A DNA stretch of 64,000 nt, taken from positions 4,464,001-4,528,000 of the forward strand of contig CATNEN010000024.1 in NCBI GenBank assembly GCA_950097015.1, read 5' to 3'. A model generated the notes under the pieces. It saw only the letters and a program-made list of their open reading frames with translations. It had not been told where the DNA came from and ran no database searches. Numbering within the stretch: the stretch's first letter is position 1; each line of letters begins with the position of its first letter. Both the position numbers and the translations under genes were made by a program. This stretch comes from Macrostomum hystrix. Taxonomy: Eukaryota; Animalia; Platyhelminthes. This document shows positions 13,101-23,454 of this stretch, piece after piece.

Positions 13101-15849
13101 CAAGCTGGCCTGTTCCTAGCCAATCAGAATGAGGGCGATGGGTTTGATAGCTTGCGGGGTAGGATAGAGGAGTGATATTACTGCAAAGCTGCTAATTAAG
13201 ACATAGTAATAATATGAAATAATAATGGAACATATTATAACATAACATAATAACATATAATTTTTTTTCGTTAAAATCAGCTCTTGTGTCAGTAGCGTTA
13301 TTTAGTAATTATGACGGCTATCATTGTACTCGTAGATAGACTATTTTGGATCGATTAATTTTTTAATTTGAATCAAATGGATTCGTCAAAGAGTTCAGAG
13401 GTTGATTCAGAGTGTGAAATTTCACAAAAAAACTTTTCCGGTTTGGGAGCAATCGTTAATTATGCAGTGGGAATTTTGAAATATCGTGCTGTTTCTACTG
13501 CTAATAACACTGCCAATAATCACTTTGCGTTCATGGCTGTTGTAATGCGAATCTTTTGTTTATTTACGCTGAATTCTGCAGGCTGTCGGGCACTTTCTGG
13601 GCACAGTGGACAAGCCGCTGATGCGACACCTTGTATTCAATTTATCCGTGTTTGAAAGGTAATTTCTTTGGGGATTTACTGAACCTTCGGACCTCGCGGA
13701 TAACTGAATCCCGAACCTCGAAAATCTGCAGCGTCCAGGAGTTCGACTTCCAGGGCACCTGCCCGCGCTTCAGCGCCGACCAGCACGCTGGCAAGGCGGG
13801 AGCGTCGGCTGCTAGACCCAGTCGAATTGGCGCAGCGGTTGCCGCCGTCGCAGTCTCTTCACTGACGCTGATGGGCCAGCGGCTGCCGCCAACCAGACAG
13901 TCACTGCTGACAACGGCTACGATGCTAGGTCTTCCCGCGGTGCTGCCGACTTTTGTCCGAGCGAATGTCAGACTAGAGGGGCCCACCATCGATTGCATCA
14001 AGATGGGCTACAGATATTACCGGTGAGAGCACCAATTTTCCAACTTTACACCTGATTTATTATTACTAATTCATACTCAATTTATGTTTGAAAATCGTTC
14101 TCCCATTTCAGACGGAACCTCGAGTAAGTTCACTTTGTTTTCTCTGAGAGGCGCCACCAGGGATTTGAGAGTAGACACCATGGATTTGAGAGTAGACACC
14201 TGGGATTTGAGAGTAGACACCAGGGATTTGAGAGTAGACAGCTGGGATTTGAGAGTAGACACCAGGGATTTGAGAGTAGACACCAGGGATTTGAGAGTGG
14301 ACACCAGAGATTTGAGAGTGGACGCCAGGGATTTGAGAGTGGACACCAGGGATTTGAGAGTAGACACCTGGGACTTGAGAGTGGACACCAGGGATTTGAG
14401 AGTGGACACCAGAGATTTGAGAGTGGACACCAGGGATTTGAGAGTATACACCTGGGATTTGAGATTAGACACCAGGGAGTTGAGAGTAGACACCAGGGAT
14501 TTGAGAGTAGACACTATGGATTTGAGAGTAGCCACCTGGGATTTGAGAGTAGACACCATGGATTTGAGAGTAGACACCTGGGACTTGAGAGTGGACACCA
14601 GGGATTAGCGAAGTTGCGAGCGATTTAATAGCAATTTCAGAGCAGACGCGATCATTAACAAAAACTCGTTCAGCAGCTTGGACGACACCATCTCTGCGAC
14701 CGTGGACGGTTCAACTGACGAGCTCGGCCGCAGGGTCCAGCTGGCCGCACTGCCGGGGACCAACCTGCTGCTGGTGGCCGTGCAGCGGCTGCCAGGCGGG
14801 CCGCGCCACCCGGATCTGGGCAGGCGGCACAGCACGGGAGCTCAGAACTATGACCAGCTGCTGCGAGATCCGATAAAAAGCGACGGGCCGGACGTGTGCA
14901 ACAAGGACTATCGCTACAGGGAGCGGCCGGCCACGTGCTACCAATGGCATCCCAAGGTTAGGATGGGCCAATAGCGAATCTGAGGTCTCACTGGCACTAG
15001 AAATCGGTCTTCAAAATTCATTGGCTAGTCAGATCATATAAATGATCTAGTTGGGAGATTGGATTAATGGTGGGAAAACATCTAATTGTGATCTAGTTGG
15101 GAGATTGGATTGAAGCTGGGAAAACATCCAATTGTGATCTAGTTGGGAGATTGGATTGAAGCTGGGAAAACATCCCATTATGATCTAGTTGGGAGATGGG
15201 ATTGAAGCTGGGAAAACACCCAATTGTGATCTAGTTGGGAGATTGGATTGAAGCTGGGAAAACATCCCATTATGATCTAGTTGGGAGATGGGATTGAAGG
15301 TGGGAAAACATCCCATTATGATCTAGTTGGGAGATGGGATTGAAGGTGGGAAAACATCCCATTATGATCTAGTTGGGAGATGGGATTGAAGGTGGGAAAA
15401 CATCCCATTATGATCTAGTTGGGAGATGGGATTGAAGGTGGGAAAACATCCCATTATGATCTAGTTGGGAGATGGGATTGAAGCTGGGAAAACATCCCAT
15501 TATGATCTAGTTGGGAGATTGGATTGACGGTGGGAAAACACCCAATTGTGATCTAGTTGGGAGATTGGATTGAAGGTGGGAAAACATCCCATTATGATCT
15601 AGTTGGGAGATTGGATTGAAAGTGGAAAAGCATCCTATTAAATTTGTTGTTCAGTTTTGTCATATTCAGGTAGAAACAGATTTGAGTTTAGTAATATTTA
15701 TTTAAAATTTATTCCCTGATTGATAAAATATATAATTACACACGCAGGAGTACGAAGTGTGCAGTCCTGCGTCATTGGCAACGGCTAGCAACGCGCAACT
15801 GATGGCAGCATCGATTGTGACCGTGGTTGCTTCACTTCTACAGGCATAA
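7176..15849 (+). CDS. CACNA2D: Voltage-gated calcium channel alpha2delta subunit, 3' part (5' exons lie upstream of the window)
   Basis: Exons with consistent phases: 7176-7223, 7301-7453, 8050-8288, 10981-11651, 12673-12855, 12945-13099, 13582-13658, 13732-14022, 14641-14956, 15748-15849. Family-typical motifs: GLGILTSLTMPIYN, LGLVGTDI..PNGYAFALDSNGYVVFHP, MDLLEVE, YKRIPGTPYAVSIALP, CYLVEDGGYILAAN, VGHFLGTVDKPLMRHLV, QEFDFQGTC, PGTNLLLVAV, YRERPATC. The C-terminus is a hydrophobic GPI-signal-like tail (EYEVCSPASL...SIVTVVASLLQA*). Confidence 0.92.
8309..9022. repeat. Minisatellite, 31-bp unit AGTCTGATGGACTGCCAATCCCTCTCCTGCC, intronic
   Basis: About 23 tandem units starting ~20 bp after the donor at 8289. 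Confidence 0.97.
9470..10300 (+). CDS. Uninterrupted 276-aa ORF of unknown function (S/R/K/E-rich) inside alpha2delta intron 8289-10980
   Basis: Non-repetitive 831-bp ORF preceded by a candidate acceptor TTTAG at 9458-9462. I recognise no family motif. Confidence 0.5.
   Translation: MISLVYDTVNLNNAIDKVAKWMATSDSQVCLFADDTSVSILSSPSTNSANEQGRQLLIDRLKSDAVSRMKCMLRSTANQENNHNEFKKKHSSKSNAMIDASDSSDSSDSFNRNQNNRHGVESEQKYKSLSDSRHRRKSQPVNSHSGSAQRKDSGDGSGGFKEDKYLERIVERATQEIRSAIYKLSAENKLPEKCHLKMKLSIKPQRSANEESSQKEQQRRHRGGSSEDEARHRVSNSGRHKTSEKDAGGRADREKRATSTSNKRDYHEQRKEKRKY
11724..12535. repeat. Purine-rich minisatellite, ~17-bp unit GAGGTGGATGGAGGAGT, intronic
   Basis: Tandem degenerate units between alpha2delta exons 11651 and 12673. 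Confidence 0.95.
14156..14606. repeat. Minisatellite, 21-bp unit GGATTTGAGAGTAGACACCAG, intronic
   Basis: About 21 units; explains ORFs 14077..14598 and 14084..14608. Confidence 0.97.
15043..15635. repeat. Minisatellite, 46-bp unit GATCTAGTTGGGAGATTGGATTGAAGCTGGGAAAACATCCCATTAT, intronic
   Basis: Period of 46 (e.g. 15090, 15136); about 13 units. Confidence 0.97.
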
Positions 15850-16285
15850 CACGCATTGAGTTTCGAGTTTAACTGTTTAGAGAGGCCAACTGGCAAAACA
15901 TAGCAACTTGGGTTATTCGCAAAAATAAATTCTCGTGGGGACCTACCAATCCTAATAACTTTCATTACCTGGCCCTACTTTGTTCTGCTAAGTGTCACCT
16001 ATTCTCTAGCCACACCAGTATTACAAGATGCGCTGTTAAATACCTAAATCTGCTGTTTTTAATTTTGATCTACTTAAAATGTAAATGTGTCACTTCTAGT
16101 CTGCCCTTTATGGGCCTGACCTGTGTTAAAATAATTATTTATTCACATCATTTAAGGTTTTGCCATCTGTACGTTTGCTGCTGAAAACCAAAGCTCAATT
16201 TTTTTAAACAAATATTTGTTCACTTTGCTACAGGGTAAATGAGTAGTCGGAATGGGATTTTTCGATCCCATAAGAATGGGATTAA

Positions 16286-16725
16286 GGGAGATTGTGGGTG
16301 GGAAAACAGCTCATGAGGATTGGGTAGGGGAGATTGTTGGTGGGAAAACAGCTCAAGAGGATTGGGTAGGGGAGATTGTGGGTGGGAAAACAGCTCATGA
16401 GGATTGGGTAGGGGAGATTGTGGGTGGGAAAACAGCTCATGAGGATTGGGTAGGGGAGATTGTGGGTGGGAAAACAGCTCAAGAGGATTGGGTAGGGGAG
16501 ATTGTGGGTGGGAAAACAGCTCATGAGGATTGGGTAGGGGAGATTGTGGGTGGGAAAACAGCTCATGAGGATTGGGTAGGGGAGATTGTGGGTGGGAAAA
16601 CAGCTCATGAGGATTGGGTAGGAAAGATTGTGGATGGGAAAACAGCTCATGAGGATTGGGTAAGGGAGATTGTGGATGGGAAAACAGTTCATGAGGATTG
16701 GGTAGGGGAGATTGTGGATGGGAAA
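16286..16725. repeat. Minisatellite, 42-bp unit GGGAGATTGTGGGTGGGAAAACAGCTCATGAGGATTGGGTAG, between the alpha2delta and API5 3' ends
   Basis: Period of 42; explains the 14-aa-repeat ORFs at 16220-16828. Confidence 0.97.
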
Positions 16726-17367
16726 AATGCGCTCTTGCTTTGAAAGGCCGCACCACACACAGGCCTTTGTCTCCGAATGCGTGATGCAGGCTATATTGAA
16801 TAGGGGAATTAGTACAAAGCAATCCCAAAAGTAAACAATGAGTTGAAATAGTCTAGAACTTGCATAAAACTATGGAGAAATTCAAATTGCAATAACATTA
16901 TATTACTTACGTACAGTAGCTCGATAGCGATACAAGAAGATAATAAGAGCAAGGTTAGCAAACCAGAAATAGCAATAACGAGTAAGAGAAGTCAATTTAA
17001 AAAGCCAGAATTGTCCAACTTGTATTAACTAGAACAAAGCAAACCTTTAATTAGCTGCAGTCGTTCATGAACAGGTGTCGAAGACGATAAACTAACATAC
17101 GCTCGTAGCAAGCACTTCCGTAATTTATTAAAATTAAATTAACTTTATTAGTTAAAGAATGCAAAAAGCTTGCTGCCTTAAAACAGCTAAACACACAGCA
17201 AAAGTAGTCAGGGAAAAAGGATGTAACAAAATGTGCTACTGACACTTCTGAGTAGTATATGGTTCACCTACTGAACTGGAACCAGACCAGACCTCCAACA
17301 CTGCAACAGTTTTGATCCCTCAACTCTGCTATATGATCCAGCTGTTTTATATCCGAAGACTCACTAA

Positions 17368-20300
17368 TCACCAACGTCTGAAGCCCCCGCCGCCGCCGCC
17401 GCCGCCACCACCACCGAAGGCGCCGCCGCGACCGCGACCACCACCGCCAAATCCGGCGCCCCTCTTGCCGTAGCCAAATTGTCCGCCTCCACCTCTACCG
17501 CCCGCGCCGCCGCCGCCGCGTCCCCATTCCTGACTGGCTGGCCGCTTCCGCTGGTCAGCAGATGCCGGTGGCTTTGCCGCCGATGTCGTTGAGGGTGCCG
17601 ATGGCGGAGGCGGCGGCGGAGGTGGCAGCGGCTTCCAGGAGAGAGTCAGCTCCGCCTTGTATGTTGGCGGATTTCTGAACAGATCCTTCATTAGGGCGCC
17701 AATGTTATCGGCTAGGCGGCATTTCGCCTCGCCGGCAGCCGGCTTGTGAGCGCGCTGGTAGGCCTGGGCGGAGCTGGAATGCGATATGATTGACAGCTCT
17801 GTAATCAGAATCAATATGATTGATAGCTCTGTAATCAGAATCGATATGATTGACAGCTCTGTAATCAGAATCGATATGATTGATAGCTCTGAAATCAGAA
17901 TCGATATGATTGACAGCTCTGTAATCAGAATCGATATGATTGGCAGCTCTGTAATCAGAATCGATATGATTGGCAGCTCTGTAATCAGAATCGATATGAT
18001 TGACAGCTCTGTAATCAGAATCGATATGATTGACAGCTCTGTTGTCAGAATCGAGGTTCTAATCTTTCGACCCCTTCTCAAAGTCGACTCACATGTGCAG
18101 CAGCTGCAGTCGTTTGCGCAGGTCGGCCAGTCGATCTGGATGATCAGCCAGGAAAGCCGGGTGCGTCTTGGCCGCCTGGTGCAGCGCGAACAACAGGCAC
18201 TCCGACTGCGTCAGTCTGGCGGCATCCGCAGAGGCGATCGCCTCTGCCGGAGTGTCGACATCGGCGTCGCTAGGCAACGGAAGGCGCTCCGTGAGTCGGT
18301 GCAAAAGGCCCGACAGCTGGGCGTCGGTGGCAGCAAAAGCACCGCCTAAAAGACAGTAAAAATAAGCTAGCATTGAATGAGAGAATCACTACATATCTCA
18401 AGAGAATAAAAGTGTGGTTTGACTCAAGACAACAATGCGTATTAATCTGACTTACCTGCGTGGTTGCTGAGCTCGGCAAAAGATTTCAACAAGTCCAGAC
18501 GCGGATTTTCGCTATTCAATTCCGTAGGCACTTTGTCAATTACTGGCACCACTTTGTCCAAAAAGAACACCACAAACGGCTTGGCGTTGATGTTTTTCTG
18601 CAACGGTGGTTTTTTACGCTTATAAATCCCTGCCCATGATAGTATAATCTATACAACTGTCAGTTTATCTACAAGTCTTTCAGTTTCTCTAGTAGTCTGT
18701 CAGTTTCTCTACTAGTCTGTCAGTTTCTCTACTAGTCTGTCAGTTTCTCTACATGTCTGTCAGTTTATCTACTAGTCTGTCAGTTTCTCTACATGTCTGT
18801 CAGTTTATCTACTAGTCTGTCAGTTTATCTACTAGTCTGTCAGTTTATCTACTAGTCTGTCAGTTTCTCTACTAGTCTGTCAGTTTCTCTACATGTCTGT
18901 CAGTTTATCTACTAGTCTGTCAGTTTATCTACTAGTCTGTCAGTTTCTCTACTAGTCTGTCAGTTTATCTACTAGTCTGTCAGTTTCTCTACTAGTCTGT
19001 CAGTTTCTCTACTAGTCTGTCAGTTTCTCTACATGTCTGTCAGTTTATCTACTAGTCTGTCAGTTTATCTACTAGTCTGTCAGTTTCTCTACATGTCTGT
19101 CAGTTTCTCTACATGTCTGTCAGTTTCTCTACTAGTCTGTCAGTTTATCTACTAGTCTGTCAGTTTATCTACTAGTCTGTCAGTTTCTCTACATGTCTGT
19201 CAGTTTATCTACTTGTCTGTCAGTTCCTCTACTAGTCTGTCAGTTTCTATACATGTCTGCCAGTTTCTATACATGTCTGCCAATTTCTATAAATTCCTGT
19301 CAGTTTCTATAAATCTCTGTCAGTTTCTATAAATTCCTGTCAGTTTCTATAAATCTCTGTCTGTTTCTATACATGTCTGTCAGTTTATCTACAAATCTGT
19401 CAGTTTCTCTACTAGTCTGTCAGTTTCTATACGCTCGTACATGTCTGCCAATTTCTATAAATTCCTGTCAGTTTTTTCTATAAATGTCTGTCAGTTTCTA
19501 TACATGTCTGTCAGTTTATCTACATATCTGTCAGTTTCTTTACATTCCAGTCAGTCTCTTAACAAGTCTGTCAATTTCTCTACATGTCTCTCAGTTTCTC
19601 TACATATCTGTCAGTCTCTCAACTAGTCTGTCAGTTTCTCTACCTGTCTGTCAGTTTCTCTACTAGTCTGTGTCTCTCTACCTCAGCGTCTCGCAGTTTG
19701 TCCTACCCATACAAAGCACAACCCAACAAGAAACTCACAGACAGCAGCGGCAGGGCCTGCTTAACGCACTCCCTCAGCTTGGCGAGTGACGCCCCGTTGC
19801 CGGGCTGAAAAGCTTCAGCAAATCCTGCCTTCCGTCCGACAGTGTCCAGAAGGCGCTGCCGTCCAGTCAGAGTCTGCATGCAGACCAGCGAGGCTTGCAG
19901 CTGCACAAGGCTGGCGAATTCCGATTCACTGCCAACGGCGTCAATCAATGGTTGAAGCCGTTCAACTAGCAGCTCTTCAAGCTTAGGCGACAAAGGCATC
20001 TGCTGCACCCGGCTAGCTAGGAGGCGCAGGGCGCGCTCCCTGCAGAGATCGGGCGTCTCGGCCTGCGACAGCTGGTCTAGAATGCCGCGCAGAGCTTCAG
20101 CCGGATGGGCGCCGATGACGTGCACCAGGGCCTGATTAGCCAGGGCCAGCTCCTGCGGCGAGGAATAAGAAACCATTCGTATATTGATTAATTGAATATA
20201 TACGGGTGTGCCACTAACAACAATAATAACTATTGCAGAAGGGCTACGGGCAACGGCACATCATTTGGGGACACTAGACCCGCAGCCAGCGTGGAGGTAA

Positions 20301-23081
20301 TTCTGCTCTGCCTATTTCGCTGACTCCTGAGCACACACGCACTCAGATACCGCACGCAGGCATACACTCACATGCACTTGCGTCACGCATACTTTCCATC
20401 CGACACACTTTGCGATACGCCATTGGCTGCAAAGGCGAAACCCAATGACAGCCTTAAGAAGTTAAGACCATGCTGTATAAAAGTCCGGTAAGAGGAATGC
20501 AGCTTCCATCTCCTTCATCTTCACCCGCTCACTTCTCTAACTTTGAGCAAAACAAGAGTGTGTACATCTGCCCTTGACTTTCTCATCGTCAGGCAGTGTA
20601 CACTCTCATTTTGCCTCCAAGCCTTTTCTACATGGCTGCGCCCCAAATGAATGTGGCCTCGCCGCGGAATCGAGCTCAGGGACATTGGTATAATACTCGT
20701 TAATCACTCTGCCACTCACCATTAAATACAGGTGTGCTACTAGTAAGCAATAGTGGAGTTAGTAATGATAATATTATAAATAGATAAAGACACGTAGCTC
20801 ATTTGTGGCAACATTTACATGCAGTAGTAGGGTAGGTAGAAATTTCGTTAGCAAAATTTTACAGCTGGTTGAATTGAAGCAATGGGGAATTAAATGTGAC
20901 ACTCGAGGCCAAAAAACTTTATTTTATAAGTACAACTTATAATAGTACTATTAAACAGTTAATAGCACTATTAGTAACTGCATGCAACCTTTATATTAAC
21001 ATAGCTGTACATCAGCAGGCCCAAATTACCTACTTAATAAAGTATGTTCTGCCATAGTCTCACCTGTCCATCGTCAGTCTGCAGCAGTTGAACAAGCACG
21101 TCGGCCACCTTGGACGCATACAATGGAACATCTTTGCATAGTTTGGGCAGGTCGCTGATGACCTGGCGCCTAACTAGAGGGTCCTCATCTTCAACAAGAT
21201 CAATCAGAGAATTATAGGCCATCTTTTGGTCATCTGGGAAGTCTTTGAATAGGCGAGCAATAAACTGTGAAGCCAGACGCTTGGCAGTTGAGTCACCCTT
21301 TGCTGCTTGCAGAATAACATTGAATAAGGCGGCATTCTAGGTGTGGGAAAATATATTAAAAAATTCAACTAGATACTTAAAGATAAACAACTTGATTACA
21401 AGTATACATATGACACACTTAGGCATAAAATATCAAAATCTCACTCATGGAAAAACCTGTTTGCTGAGAGTCAATAAATGCTTTATATAGATCAAAATAA
21501 TATAAAATAACTATAAATCATTAATATACGAATTATACAAATATTGAAAATAACAAGTTATAGATATTTCAGAAGATTTTTTGTTAAAACTGGTATATTT
21601 TTATGTTTGACAACAATTACCACTGACAAATTGATGACAACACCATTGTAAGTTCCCTGGACCCTAATCTTGCATGTCTGCACATCTTATTAGGAAACAG
21701 ACAACTAGAGGTCCATTTATTACTTGTACTCTAATTGCCAATTGGACTATACTCACTTAATTTATAGACAATCACTACTAGCCTTACTAAACATACACAA
21801 TCTATTCTTGTATTTGCTTACTTTTTGTTCTAGATATACCTGATAATGTATAGAGCAGTGCAAAAAAAGTTGCAAGGATAAACCTTTTGTCATTTTTTGT
21901 CAAACTATTTTTCAATTTTAACAAGCTAGCCACCTTACCTAAAACACTTATATCTCTATATGCTTTTGTCCTAGAACTTTTATTGGGTCCATATAAACAC
22001 TCAAATACACAAATAGTCAGTAAGGTAGGCTTTGCCATGGTAAATTCTAGTACACACAAGGGGTCCTCAGGGCGAAAGTTATGGTGCAAACAGAGGTCTT
22101 TTTAATATACTTTAGGTACACACTTTAGATAAACAAAACAAATTTTAGATTTGTGATCTTTGAGATTATATTTTTCAATTAATTAAAAATTATTTTACAT
22201 GCTTTGTCTAATCTCTTACACGAGTTTATTTTTCTAACAAACAATTGTGCCACTTGTGATTAAATCAATTGTTTATGCTTTAGCGTACCTCTTTAAACAG
22301 AGTAATGAAAAAGATGTAAAACTACTAGCAAAACTAATAAATGGGTATTTACCTAAATGTATCTTTTTGTCTATTACACACAAAAAATTCAACTTTCTAA
22401 TATACTGCTATAAACTAGTTATCATTTATGACCATACATGCGCAACACCTGGCCAACCCAGCCAAACTGACCAGGTGAAACGAGGGCCAAGCAAGGTAAG
22501 TCGCAAAAAACCAATCGACCAAGCGCAAAAAAATCAAAGGGGGACCAAGGGACAAAAAAGGAAGGCGTGAAGAAAATGAAAAAGGGGAGAGAAAAAGAGC
22601 AAATAAAGCAAACTAAGTCGTAAATTAATCAATGAAATTAACTAAGTCACAAATGAGAGCAAACTAAGTCGTAAATAGAGCAAAAACTAAGTCGCACAGC
22701 CGGCTAAGATTTGGGAGGTTGCGCATGTATGGTGTTAAATCTCTAATAATTTACTATTTGGAAAAAAACATAAAATCGCCTTAAGAATGCTAAGAAAGCA
22801 TATAATAATATTTATGTATATTTTTTTGCACAGAGTGCACAGAGTGCAGCATAGCTACAAGATGTGATTTTAGTTCGACAGCAATCAGATGTAAAATAAT
22901 CATTGGCATATGTTTTGTTTTCATATAGCTATCCTAACTAAATAGCGAAGTAGAATTCGCTGATAGGTAAATACGAAGTCTAGATTACATAGCTTACCTC
23001 GGATACTTTTCCTGTTTTCTTGTTTTCTTCTATTTTTTTCATTACATCATACAGCCTTTCAAGGCTGGAATCGGAAGTCAT
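17368..23081 (-). CDS. API5: Apoptosis inhibitor 5 (API5/AAC-11), complete, 6 exons, 523 aa
   Basis: Exons 23081-22998, 21336-21064, 20152-19739, 18597-18456, 18345-18093 and 17773-17368, all GT-AG with matching phases (1572 nt). Motifs match API5: KRLASQFI, DLVEDEDPLVRRQ, KVADVLVQLLQTDD, RERALRLL, MQTLTGRQRL, ECLLFALHQ, LMKDLFRNPPTYKAELTLSWKP, RGG-rich tail. Confidence 0.95.
17783..18053. repeat. Minisatellite, 30-bp unit GATATGATTGACAGCTCTGTAATCAGAATC, filling API5 intron 5
   Basis: About 9 units; the intron is 17774-18092. Confidence 0.97.
18655..19670. repeat. Minisatellite, 20-bp unit CTACTAGTCTGTCAGTTTCT, API5 intron 3
   Basis: About 50 units, more degenerate toward 19250-19670. Confidence 0.96.
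20645..20722 (-). mobile_element. tRNA-derived SINE-like head fragment
   Basis: The minus strand has an A-box-like TGGCAGAGTGATTA and a B-box-like GAGCTCGATTCC; no full cloverleaf. Confidence 0.35.
22433..22731 (+). mobile_element. hAT-type MITE, copy 1 (API5 intron 1)
   Basis: TIRs CATACATGCGCAAC...GTTGCGCATGTATG and internal ACTAAGTCG repeats; same element as 34849 and 36117. Its 8-bp flanks do not match (TTTATGAC vs GTGTTAAA). Confidence 0.85.
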
Positions 23082-23454
23082 GGTGAGGCTGAGAACACAA
23101 TAAAGCTGGAAATAATAATTTAGAGTGGATTTAGCTCTGTATGCAAGTTTCTAGCTAAGCAACTCCGTCAATATTGGTTAAAAAATATATAAGGTAAGTT
23201 ATTTGAACAATAAGGTAAGTTAATTTGAACAATAAGGTAAGTTATTTGAACGTATTTTCATTTTTTGAATTTTTCAAGCACACTGAAAAAGTTTAAACTA
23301 ACATGTACAATGTTTTTATTGTAAATAATACACGATTTTTGCTTTATTATGACAAAATAATGTTTGTATTTTTTATTTTTAAAAAAGCTAATGAATTTGG
23401 TATCACGAATATAGAGCCATATATATACTTTCAACCTGACAGCAATGGGTGGTT

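Noticed and set aside
15043-15635. CRISPR-like appearance of the 46-, 42- and 33-bp arrays
   Set aside because: Units are head-to-tail with no unique spacers, there are no cas genes, and the context is eukaryotic.
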